Below are positions 1 to 7,794 of a stretch of DNA of 40,079 bases, piece by piece. Source of the stretch: a virus (Duplodnaviria > Caudoviricetes). Position numbers and translations under genes: made by a program. The notes below the pieces were generated by a model, which was given only the letters and a program-made list of their open reading frames with translations, was not told where the DNA came from and did not search any database. Numbering within the stretch: position 1 is the stretch's first letter; each line of letters opens with the position of its first letter. Where the stretch lies: the IMG/VR virus record IMGVR_UViG_3300033407_000050, positions 1 to 40,079 of that record, one strand, 5' to 3'.

Positions 1-87
1 TCGAATGTCTTAATTTGGATGCCGTTTGATGCACTTAGCGCTAGCTGTGTGTCTGTACTCATTGTCTGTATTCGGTTTTCGGTTACT
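1..87. repeat. 87-bp exact copy of 39095-39181 (5' end and leader of the recT-like gene)
   Basis: Direct base-by-base match; the copies diverge at position 88 vs 39182. Confidence 0.95.
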
Positions 88-150
88 TCGGTTTCTTGAT
101 TCTATCTAAAATGCGCTCCAGTCGGAGGAGGAGGTAGCGGAGAGTGGCTA

Positions 151-429
151 TCATTGGGAGCGGGCGGTTAGCATGGCGTCGGCGAACAGGTATCGGGCAT
201 GCTCCCTTGTCGGCCAATTCTTGTCCGGCCCGAGCCCGTCGCCAGCGTCCGTCCCCTCTATTGGAGTGGCGTATAAGTTGATCATGTGCCGTATATCATC
301 CTCGTTCGCCTGCCCCGCGAAGTGGTCACGAAGACTTAAGCCGCCAAATCCGGTGTGCCAAACAAGATGACCCATGCTGTCTGTTGTTTGCGGATACGCA
401 GGCCCACCGTCATCGATCGGCGTGCTCAT
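151..429 (-). CDS. Conserved small phage early protein (92 aa); present only in the left-end allele
   Basis: GGPAYP...GLSLRDHFAGQA...FADAML.AR pattern of a common phage hypothetical family; start overlaps the upstream stop (ATGA). Confidence 0.8.
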   Translation of the reverse strand: MSTPIDDGGPAYPQTTDSMGHLVWHTGFGGLSLRDHFAGQANEDDIRHMINLYATPIEGTDAGDGLGPDKNWPTREHARYLFADAMLTARSQ

Positions 430-713
430 GATTCCACCCCTGAGAGTTCTGCCTCCAGCTCGGCAACCCTGGCTTTGACTGCGGCGAGTTCGCGCTGTTT
501 GACTGTCGCGGGATCGATCAAGGAGGCCTCTGCTATAAGTTCCGCAAGTGATTTGGCGTCTACGGATTCAAGGCCAGTGCTTGCGTAAAATGTCACCCCA
601 CTGCCATGGCCTTCGTATACCGAGAAGTATTTCACTCCGAGCGGTTCGAGTTGGGCTTTCGCTTTCGCGACCCACCCCTTGACCTGCTCCTCCGTGGTTT
701 CGGGCGTGTTCAC
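426..713 (-). CDS. Hypothetical protein with C-terminal coiled coil (95 aa); allele of 39781-40065
   Basis: GTG start at 713 after GGAGG, overlapping the upstream stop; near-identical second copy with mostly synonymous changes. Confidence 0.8.
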   Translation of the reverse strand: MNTPETTEEQVKGWVAKAKAQLEPLGVKYFSVYEGHGSGVTFYASTGLESVDAKSLAELIAEASLIDPATVKQRELAAVKARVAELEAELSGVES

Positions 714-727
714 GATTCCACCTCCTT
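601..727. repeat. 127-bp exact copy of the window end (39953-40079); circularisation overlap
   Basis: Exact match; last mismatch is at 600 vs 39952. Confidence 0.95.
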
Positions 728-1414
728 GCGAGCCTGGGCGATCATTCGCAGTAGAGTCTTTCGTTGCCATTTGCGTTCAGCGGAATAAGCGGCGGAATCA
801 GCGGCGGAATAAGCGGCGGAACGAGCGGCGGAACGAGCGGCGGAATAAGCGGCGGAATAAGCGGCGGAATCAGCGGCGGAATAAGCGGCGGAATAAGCGG
901 CGGAATCAGCGGCGGAATCAGCGGCGGAATCAGCGACGGAATAAGCGGCGGAACGAGCGGCGGAATCAGCGGCGGAATCAGCGACGGAATAAGCGGCGTT
1001 TAGTTCGCTATCGCTAGCCTTCCCCTTAAGCCACAAACGCTTTATCTTTATCGCGTTCCAACACCGATCATCTGTGACTTTAGCAATGCGCAAAGCGCGA
1101 GCGGCGCAGCGACAGGCAAATTCGTGTAGCAGCTTATCGGCGTCGATGCGCCAGAGGATTTTGCGATACCGAGCGCACGCCTTGTCGCCACCCTGTTGGA
1201 TATTGCCACGGAGTTCGACCCGGCACAACACCGGACCCGGCGCGAATGACAGCGCGTCCATTATATCGCCGCTGGCGTGCATGCCATTGGAGCACAGCTC
1301 CAGCGGTCCACGGCTGGATTTTTGCCAGACGCCGATTTTAGCTTTCTGCCCCGTGTAGCGAAGCTTCATGTCGGCGGGCAGGAAATGCCAGGCCTCGAGA
1401 GTTTTGGCGCTCAC
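710..1414 (-). CDS. Phage protein with SAA(Y/D/R) tetrapeptide repeat (234 aa)
   Basis: ORF with LELCSNGMHAS and FACRCA motifs followed by an Ala-rich repeat; coupled to both neighbours. Confidence 0.8.
   Translation of the reverse strand: MSAKTLEAWHFLPADMKLRYTGQKAKIGVWQKSSRGPLELCSNGMHASGDIMDALSFAPGPVLCRVELRGNIQQGGDKACARYRKILWRIDADKLLHEFACRCAARALRIAKVTDDRCWNAIKIKRLWLKGKASDSELNAAYSVADSAADSAARSAAYSVADSAADSAADSAAYSAAYSAADSAAYSAAYSAARSAARSAAYSAADSAAYSAERKWQRKTLLRMIAQARKEVES
781..998. repeat. Coding minisatellite, 18 x 12 bp, CGGA(ATA/ATC/ACG)AGCG(G/A)
   Basis: Units counted directly at a 12-bp period from 781. Confidence 0.95.
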
Positions 1415-1659
1415 TTCGCACCCCCCATCACAAAATAAGGATGTTCCTGCACCGCCTGCTCAGCCTCATCACGGCTGACGTATCCGCCGACCTGATGCGA
1501 TGACTCTGAGAATTGGCTGCGAAGCGGAACGATTATCGCGAACGTGCCGTCTGTCTCCTCGCGAATGGTGACGGGCACGGGGTTGAGTCTGGGAGCAGCG
1601 ATGGCGTATAGCGTCGCTGCGAATGGCTGTTGACTTTGGGTATCCTGTATGGTTTGCAT
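1411..1659 (-). CDS. Hypothetical protein (82 aa, MQTIQDTQ...)
   Basis: ATG at 1659 preceded by the recurring AACCGAATA leader; stop overlaps the next start. Confidence 0.65.
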   Translation of the reverse strand: MQTIQDTQSQQPFAATLYAIAAPRLNPVPVTIREETDGTFAIIVPLRSQFSESSHQVGGYVSRDEAEQAVQEHPYFVMGGAK

Positions 1660-1679
1660 GGTTATTCGGTTTTTGATTT

Positions 1680-1715
1680 CGGGGTCGGTGCTTAGGCGTC
1701 GGCCCCGTTTTTTTT
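1680..1715 (+). terminator. Intrinsic terminator-like hairpin plus T8, antisense to the surrounding genes
   Basis: CGGGGTCGGTGC-TTAG-GCGTCGGCCCCG-TTTTTTTT; the G-U pairs form only on the + transcript. Confidence 0.55.
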
Positions 1716-1717
1716 GG

Positions 1718-2113
1718 TTAGGGGGTGGGTTGTTTGCTCCAGTCGCCGGATTCAATCTTGGGCTTCCTGAAGCCGGCGATCTTCCCATCGCCGCCGATCT
1801 TCAAAATGATGTAATCGCCGTACCCCCGAGCGCTGTTGTGACAAAGGAACGCATCAGGCACATAGTCGCCGCTGTACTTCAATCGCGTGCCGAAGGAGTC
1901 CTCTAGCCAGTATTCGCCAGCATCGCAGACCTTGTAATGCACGTCCGCGTCTAGGCCTATCGGCCAATCAATGACGGATCCGGTTTCGAGGTCGATGACT
2001 GGACACCAGTTGTCACCCTCGCGAAATGGTATGAGGTCGCCATTAATATCCTCAACGCCATCGACCGTCGCGTCTTCCCAGTAGCGGACGCCTGCCTTGA
2101 CTATCAGCTTCAC
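1718..2113 (-). CDS. Conserved phage hypothetical protein (131 aa)
   Basis: VRYWED, HYKVCDAG, YVPD and YGDYI motifs; coupled to the upstream gene. Confidence 0.75.
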   Translation of the reverse strand: MKLIVKAGVRYWEDATVDGVEDINGDLIPFREGDNWCPVIDLETGSVIDWPIGLDADVHYKVCDAGEYWLEDSFGTRLKYSGDYVPDAFLCHNSARGYGDYIILKIGGDGKIAGFRKPKIESGDWSKQPTP

Positions 2114-2565
2114 AACCCACCCCCTTCCGGAAGCTGGTTATCAGTCACCAAAACCCGCACCGGCTGGCGCGTCTTGATCGCCAGATCCTGCTCTTTGAGA
2201 AACCGCGCCGGAACCGCCTCGCATGCCTCGCCAATGGTTTTCACCGGGAATCGGCGGCCCTTCTTGGAAATGTTATACTCGTAGCTTGCGCGGGTGAGCT
2301 TATCGAGGGTTGCGGCGGTGTCGTCGTCTTCGGGGATCTGGGCGACAGTGGCGACGAACTCGTCAAGATCACGGTCGCTAATGATGCCCTCAGGGTCGTA
2401 GAGCAGCACAACAAACTGCTTCTTCTGCACCGGCTCCTTATGAGCCTTCTCCTCTTCCGCAGCCTGTTGGGCGCGGCGTTCGATCTCCTGTACGAGGTCG
2501 GCTGGCAATGGCGAGGGAAGCTGCTCGTTGGCGACTTCCGCGATGATTTCTATAGGGATCTTCAT
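2110..2565 (-). CDS. Hypothetical protein (151 aa)
   Basis: Clean ORF with AACCGAATACAA-ATG leader. Confidence 0.75.
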   Translation of the reverse strand: MKIPIEIIAEVANEQLPSPLPADLVQEIERRAQQAAEEEKAHKEPVQKKQFVVLLYDPEGIISDRDLDEFVATVAQIPEDDDTAATLDKLTRASYEYNISKKGRRFPVKTIGEACEAVPARFLKEQDLAIKTRQPVRVLVTDNQLPEGGGL

Positions 2566-2784
2566 TTGTATTCGGTTTTTGGTTACTGGAAAGGTTAGAC
2601 CCGGCTGGTATCTACCCCCAAGGCGCCCAGCCGGGCGGGTCTACTAGACCGCTTTGTTCTACTGACCTTGGGACATTTGGTTTATTTATTCTGGATAGGT
2701 GGGTTGTAGGCTGGCCGGGCTATTCCATTTGGCCCTGTACGGGAATCCTCCTGAAGCCGCCCAAGGCTCGCCAACCTGCAAAAG

Positions 2785-2964
2785 TTAGTACTCCGTCCCC
2801 ATCTGCTCGACCTCTAGCCGGTCGCTTGCCTTGCTGATCGAGCCGAGCTGGCGGGTGATGTTGGTTAGGGCGGCGTTGCGGCCGGACTCGTAGCCAATGC
2901 GGTAGATAATCCGGAGGGCGAGGGCGTGTGTGATAAGGATGAGGATGATGATGAAGACTTGCAT
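2785..2964 (-). CDS. Small membrane-anchored protein (59 aa, MQVFIIILILITHALALRIIYRIGYESG...)
   Basis: Hand-translated, below the ORF-track cutoff; N-terminal hydrophobic helix; fills a gap in the operon. Confidence 0.65.
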   Translation of the reverse strand: MQVFIIILILITHALALRIIYRIGYESGRNAALTNITRQLGSISKASDRLEVEQMGTEY

Positions 2965-2983
2965 GGGGTGGTTATTGGGTGGT

Positions 2984-3265
2984 TTAGAGTGGAAACCTCG
3001 CCAGGTTGCGGCTCATCATCGCGTCAAGGTCGGCGACTCTCACGATCGGCTTGCCGCCGTTGCCTGGCTTGTACTTCACGCCCTCTTCCGCGAGCAGGCG
3101 CTTGAGCTTGCGGAATTGGGAGTCGCTGCCCTCCATGCCGAGGTATCGAGCCGCGTCAGGCAGTGTCATCCATCGCTGGACAAGTAGCCCTCGGCTCAAT
3201 CCCTCGACGATTCGCTCCTGATTGCTCAGGATGCGGGAAAGCTGCTCTTCGAGAGTCGGGCTCAT
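2984..3265 (-). CDS. Excisionase-like helix-turn-helix protein
   Basis: RWMTLPDAARYLG motif and ...VADLDAMM ending typical of Xis/HTH_17; near the integrase. Confidence 0.7.
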   Translation of the reverse strand: MSPTLEEQLSRILSNQERIVEGLSRGLLVQRWMTLPDAARYLGMEGSDSQFRKLKRLLAEEGVKYKPGNGGKPIVRVADLDAMMSRNLARFPL

Positions 3266-3271
3266 GGCGGA

Positions 3272-3484
3272 TTACTTGCCAGCCTCGACGGGTTCTGGCT
3301 TCACGGACTCGGTGGGCTTGAATGCGAAGACATGGGCCTCCAGTTCACAGAGTTCGCGATACTCGGAGGATGATGGTTTGCTCGCCTTAATGTGTCGAAT
3401 AACCGCCGAGAACGTCTCGAGCGCTTTTGTCGTTGGGATTGTCATGTTGGTTGATAGAAAGGGTTTGTCGTTATTCTTCATCAC
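3272..3484 (-). CDS. First gene of the leftward early operon (Cro position)
   Basis: 70-aa ORF divergent from the repressor; called by position only. Confidence 0.45.
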   Translation of the reverse strand: MMKNNDKPFLSTNMTIPTTKALETFSAVIRHIKASKPSSSEYRELCELEAHVFAFKPTESVKPEPVEAGK

Positions 3485-3557
3485 AGTGTTACTTTTTTTG
3501 TCTCAGTCAAGTTTTTGTTTGATTTATTTTGAAAAGGTGTGCTTAAAAACGTCACAT
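3485..3557. promoter_or_regulatory. AT-rich divergent promoter/operator region (lysis-lysogeny switch)
   Basis: Lies between divergent genes; TTGACT on the minus strand at 3505-3510. Confidence 0.55.
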
Positions 3558-3977
3558 ATGAACAACCTAGCTCGCATGCTGTCCGCGCTATTAGACGCCA
3601 AGAACCTCAATCAGTCCTCTCTTTCGGAGGTCTCCGGGATCGACAGGACCCGAATAAACAGGATGCTCAGCGGCAATCCGGCTGGCCGCATCGGTCACAA
3701 GACGTTGATTGTCATCCTCGACGCCCTCGACCTAAGGGGCGTCGACCGCGCGGAAGTCGTCCGCGAATACCTCCGCGACATCGTCGAAACCGACATCCAG
3801 CTCGACCCCTCGCTGATCACTATGAAAGTGAGCAACGGGCAGACTGATGCGGACATCGAGAAGACACTAGAGATAGCTCGCCACTACTGCTACGCGAAGC
3901 CGACCTTTTTCGAAATCATTAAAGGCCTAGTGTCGCATGAGGAGCCTAGCCCTAAGCAGACTCGCCCCTCTGGCTAA
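3558..3977 (+). CDS. XRE-family HTH repressor (CI-like, 139 aa, no S24 peptidase domain)
   Basis: LNQSSLSEVSGIDRTRINRMLSG helix-turn-helix; ATG at 3558. Confidence 0.8.
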   Translation: MNNLARMLSALLDAKNLNQSSLSEVSGIDRTRINRMLSGNPAGRIGHKTLIVILDALDLRGVDRAEVVREYLRDIVETDIQLDPSLITMKVSNGQTDADIEKTLEIARHYCYAKPTFFEIIKGLVSHEEPSPKQTRPSG

Positions 3978-4114
3978 TGCGGATTCCCTTTGTGTCTCAT
4001 GGGGCGGCGATTGTCAACGGGACGTAAATTCATTCAAGCGCTCATTTACTATGAACGATACTCAACGCAAAGGAGTTGCCGAACCGTCGCGAAAGCAAGC
4101 GATGATCCGAGGTT

Positions 4115-4336
4115 GTGGAGTCTTTCGCGCACCGCTTACAGATCGAGCTCGACCGAATCGGCAGAACGCACGCTTGGGTCTGCCGGGAGCTGGGCAATCT
4201 GCCCGCTTCGAACCTCTACAACTGGCGCCACGGCAGAACGCAGCCGCCCGCGTGGGTCCAGCATCTCGTCCTGCGCGAATTGTCGCGGCATCCGCCCAGG
4301 GTCAGGACGCATCCGGACGTGCGCCCCTCTATTTAG
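4115..4336 (+). CDS. Small HTH DNA-binding protein (73 aa)
   Basis: THAWVCRELGNLPASNLYNWRHGRTQP resembles an XRE HTH; converges on the integrase stop. Confidence 0.55.
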   Translation: MESFAHRLQIELDRIGRTHAWVCRELGNLPASNLYNWRHGRTQPPAWVQHLVLRELSRHPPRVRTHPDVRPSI

Positions 4337-5529
4337 AGAGCCAAAAGCTCGAACCCCGGATAGATCCCGAAATACGCCCGCCCCTCGGCCTCGCTCCGGA
4401 GTTGCCCCATGTAGCTCTGCCAGAGCATGTCGGTTCCCCTGTGCTTGAGGATCAGGGCCGTAGCTGCCGGGTTCCTGAGCATGCTCATGTGGTAGGTGCA
4501 GAAGCTGTCCCGCCTGCAGTTGTGCGGCCACTTCTCCACCACGCCCCCGCGCTCGATCTGCGTGCGGAAGGTCTGCCAGAACGGGGCTTCTACAGGCCCC
4601 GACTTGCGGCCGTACTTCGCCACCCATGCCCAGAGGTTCGCCGGGGCCGCGTCGATCATCCAGCTATCCTCGGTCTTGGTGCCCTGCCGCATCTCGCCCG
4701 ATTCCGCGTCGAACCACCATCCAGGAATAACGACACGGCGGCTCTGCTGATCCATCCACTCCCAGCGGAACCGGGACGCCTCGGAGGCTCGCACGCCAAG
4801 GAAGAATTGCAGGGCCATCCACCCCGCCCACTTCGGGCGCTCGCTTTCCATGAATCGCATGATCCGCAGCACGTCTGCCAGCTCGAGCGGGTTCTTCCGG
4901 CTGGCCCTCACCTTGGGCAGATGCCTCGCGAGGATCGTCGCCGTCGGCGCTTCGGGGATAGCCCCCTCGTCCGCGAGATGCTGGAAGAACGCGTGCCACT
5001 CGCTGCGATGGTTCGCGACGGTTCGCGGACTCTTCCCCGCCTCCGCGAGCCCATTAAGCAGACTCATCACCAGCCGCCTATCCACCTGCGCCGGCTCAAG
5101 CTCGCCCGCCGATCCGCTCAGCGCCGCAAGTAGCCCCTCGATATTCTTGACTTGCCGAGATCCGACCCCTCGGGCGCGTTGCAGAGCGACATACCGGTCG
5201 ATCCGCTCGCGGATCACGCCTCCGCCCTTGGCTTGCCTGGCTACGAAGTCATCCACCGCGGCAAGCAGCGAGACGCCGAAAGGCCGGAGCTTTTCACGCG
5301 CCTGACTCAGCTCGCGCCAATCATCCTCGCGAAACTGCAGGGCGATCGATCCATGCTTCTCGACCTCCGCGAGTTTCGCGCGCTTGGCGGAGCGGGCCTC
5401 CTTGAGCGTCGCGAAACTCTCGAAGTGCTTCTCGCCCCTGATGGTCTGGCGCCACTGGAAAGGCTTTTTGCGCTTGCGTCCGTCGCTCGCCTCATAGATT
5501 CCCGGCTCGTGAGTTATCCATTTCGCCAC
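4333..5529 (-). CDS. int: Tyrosine recombinase / phage integrase (398 aa)
   Basis: GVRASE (R), TKT (K), HNCRRDSF (R), LKH and QSY (catalytic Y); N-terminal arm-binding-like region; adjacent att site. Confidence 0.92.
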   Translation of the reverse strand: MAKWITHEPGIYEASDGRKRKKPFQWRQTIRGEKHFESFATLKEARSAKRAKLAEVEKHGSIALQFREDDWRELSQAREKLRPFGVSLLAAVDDFVARQAKGGGVIRERIDRYVALQRARGVGSRQVKNIEGLLAALSGSAGELEPAQVDRRLVMSLLNGLAEAGKSPRTVANHRSEWHAFFQHLADEGAIPEAPTATILARHLPKVRASRKNPLELADVLRIMRFMESERPKWAGWMALQFFLGVRASEASRFRWEWMDQQSRRVVIPGWWFDAESGEMRQGTKTEDSWMIDAAPANLWAWVAKYGRKSGPVEAPFWQTFRTQIERGGVVEKWPHNCRRDSFCTYHMSMLRNPAATALILKHRGTDMLWQSYMGQLRSEAEGRAYFGIYPGFELLAL

Positions 5530-5535
5530 TCCCTA

Positions 5536-5802
5536 AAAGTGTGTGATAAAGTGTGAGGATCAAGCTGTAAAACAGTGAGTTTTAGTGACAAATGGAAGCA
5601 ACTATTGCCAATTTTCAGCACCAAAAACCGATAGTCAAATCCAACACAATCAACTGACAATCAACAAATTACGGAAACGACCCACGCAACCACACGCATC
5701 CCTTGCGGCTAGGTTCGAATCCTGTTCCCACCACCACTTCAAGGCGTTGATTGATAGAGGTTTAAGAGAGATTTGAGAAAGCTGTGTGCAAATAGTGTGC
5801 AA
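5536..5802. mobile_element. attP region with arm-type repeats and an IHF site
   Basis: AAAGTGTG x2 (5536, 5548), GTGTGCAA x2 (5784, 5795), IHF consensus AATCAACAAATTA (5659-5671) flanking a tRNA fragment. Confidence 0.7.
5711..5736 (+). other. att core: 3' fragment of a tRNA (tRNA-Tyr-like)
   Basis: AGGTTCGAATCCTGTTCCCACCACCA gives T-loop, 3' acceptor strand and CCA; the 5' part of the tRNA is absent. Confidence 0.8.
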
Positions 5803-5809
5803 GTCACGC

Positions 5810-7783
5810 CTAGAGCCGCGCTTCCCAGTACACGTTCTCGTCAACCGCGATGGCCGTCGATCCGTCCGCTTGGGTCAGTCCAATGGTGATATTCGTTCCA
5901 TCCCTACTAGCCGTCACGATTCGATCAGGAACGCTCGCCGTGACGTTCACCATGGAGGGCGTTCCGCTCAGTCCGTGGGCGATGGTGTCGCCGTTGGACA
6001 CGGAGGCCAGCCCCCAGGCGTGATCCTTGTACTCGCCTGAGTTGTCCCGCACCACGGTTGCGGCCCCGACCTTCACGATTCCGGTTCCGACCGCTTCGAG
6101 CAGGTTGCTGGAGATTAGGTTGTTGTTCGACGTGTTGCGTTCGCGGATGCCTACACCGGTCCCTGCGTTCGAATCGGCTACCATATTCCCGTCAATCACC
6201 GTCCAGTTGACATTGTTGAGATAAATCAGGCCGTCTCCCGATCCGCTGGCGTTGGCGTCCTGCACGAGGTTGGAGGACACGACCCCGTAATCGCCGCTAA
6301 CCTGGATTCCGTTGTCTCCAGAGTAGAGCACGGTGTTGCCGGTGATCGCGAAGTTACGCCCATTGGTTGGGGTAGTTACAGGGGAGAGCAAGATGCCATC
6401 GCCCTCGGCGTACTTGACCGCATTGCCGGTAATGGAGATTCCATCGTAGCCGCTCGCCGTAACGTTGATGCCGCGCAAAGGCCCGTCTGACGAGCTGATC
6501 CCACTGATCGAGTTCCCAGCGATGGCCACGTTTCGCAGCACACAAGGAAAGCTCGTGCGCTCGGCGACCGTGACTCCGCTCTCGACGCCGCCGCCCATGT
6601 AGACGGTATTCCCGCTGATCGCGCCGCCGAAGTGCGCCTGAAGCGTCGCGGGGACGGTCGGAGGAACCTCAAGCGCGTCATCGGCTTGCCTATTCGTCGC
6701 CGTGATGCCTGAGCCCCTGAGATGATTTCCGCTGATCGTCCACCTATTGCCCCGAACCTTGATCGCGCAGAAATCGCCATAGCCGTTGTTGTCGGTCACG
6801 ACGTTGTTCTCGCCGCTGGAGATGTAAAGCAGGTGCTGGCCGCAGAGGCTCGCTGCATTCCCGGCAACTACGCATCGGTTCGCGCTAAGGCTGAACTGGA
6901 TCATGTCCGTCCACCCCTTGCCGTAGTTTCCGCTGATTCTGCATCCCTCGCCGTCGTAGATGTGGATCATCGTCCAGTCTGCGGTGTTGACGCTAAGCCC
7001 GTCCAGGTACCCCACGCCACGGCATCCAGTAACCTCGGTGGTCTGGTTGGTTCCAGAAGCGTAGACCCCTTTCGGCTGGTGGTCGAACACACACCCCTCG
7101 ATACGGCATCTGTTAGCGGTGACAAAGACCGCCGCGCTGACGCCGAACAGAGTGTCATATGCAGTATCGTCTGCTGGCGGCGTGTCTAGGACCTCGTAAG
7201 GTTGGAAGTTGACGCCCGCAATCTCGCTGTCGTCTGCGGAAAGCAGGATGGCGCTCGTATCGTTCCCCAGCTCGTCCCAGTCGCAGACGATGGTTCCGGG
7301 GCCTTCGATTCTGACTTTGCTATCGAACTCTACTTGGCTGGTGACGCGGTAGGACTTGCCGGCGGGCAGTTTGACGAGTGAAACGCCCGTCGCCGCGATT
7401 CGAGTGAACGCGACCGTGTCGTCGGTCGCTCCGTCGCCAACCGCTCCGAAGTCCTCGGGGGTCTTTCCCGACTCCCGGAGCTTGTCGTTCGCAGGGCGGG
7501 CGACGGAGCCGGAGCCGGAGGCTTTGAAAGCGTTGGCGATGAGCCAGCGGCCGGGGTCGCTTGGGTCGTAGGCGTCGGGGCGGATTACGGTCGTATTATC
7601 GGGTGAGGTGGTCGATTCCTCGTCCCAGTAGTAGAGGTTCCCCGCCTGGTCGCCGAGCGTCGATGACCCGAGCATGCGGGCGGTGTCGCCGTCCTTAAGG
7701 TCTGTGTCGGGATGGGCTTGCAGGGCGGCGAGGGTCGCGAACTGCAAGCGGGCGTCGGTGGCTTGGGTGATGGATGCGGTCAT
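5810..7783 (-). CDS. Tailspike / receptor-binding protein, right-handed beta-helix (657 aa)
   Basis: PEDFGAVGDGATDDT pectate-lyase-3-like motif; many I(S/T)GN beta-helix repeats; last gene of the late operon. Confidence 0.85.
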   Translation of the reverse strand: MTASITQATDARLQFATLAALQAHPDTDLKDGDTARMLGSSTLGDQAGNLYYWDEESTTSPDNTTVIRPDAYDPSDPGRWLIANAFKASGSGSVARPANDKLRESGKTPEDFGAVGDGATDDTVAFTRIAATGVSLVKLPAGKSYRVTSQVEFDSKVRIEGPGTIVCDWDELGNDTSAILLSADDSEIAGVNFQPYEVLDTPPADDTAYDTLFGVSAAVFVTANRCRIEGCVFDHQPKGVYASGTNQTTEVTGCRGVGYLDGLSVNTADWTMIHIYDGEGCRISGNYGKGWTDMIQFSLSANRCVVAGNAASLCGQHLLYISSGENNVVTDNNGYGDFCAIKVRGNRWTISGNHLRGSGITATNRQADDALEVPPTVPATLQAHFGGAISGNTVYMGGGVESGVTVAERTSFPCVLRNVAIAGNSISGISSSDGPLRGINVTASGYDGISITGNAVKYAEGDGILLSPVTTPTNGRNFAITGNTVLYSGDNGIQVSGDYGVVSSNLVQDANASGSGDGLIYLNNVNWTVIDGNMVADSNAGTGVGIRERNTSNNNLISSNLLEAVGTGIVKVGAATVVRDNSGEYKDHAWGLASVSNGDTIAHGLSGTPSMVNVTASVPDRIVTASRDGTNITIGLTQADGSTAIAVDENVYWEARL

Positions 7784-7794
7784 GGGTGTTTTCG

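Noticed and set aside
781-998. CRISPR array
   Set aside because: 12-bp head-to-tail units with no unique spacers, in frame within a gene; no cas genes
679-1017. Arg/Asn-rich and GGIS-repeat ORFs on the + strand
   Set aside because: Alternative readings of the stop-free minisatellite
3222-3557. N-terminal extension of the repressor, and similar extensions of the ORFs ending at 13521, 14280, 31844, 33336 and 35814
   Set aside because: They overlap neighbouring genes; internal ATGs (mostly at stop-start overlaps) give better starts
3937-5133. 398-aa + strand ORF, and similar long antisense ORFs (7774-8712, 14241-15527, 21021-21806, 25584-26444)
   Set aside because: Shadows of high-GC minus-strand genes with no motifs; unlike the nested MTase frame, they supply no missing function
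5660-5736. Complete tRNA gene
   Set aside because: No 5' acceptor strand, D arm or anticodon arm; the T stem is only partly paired
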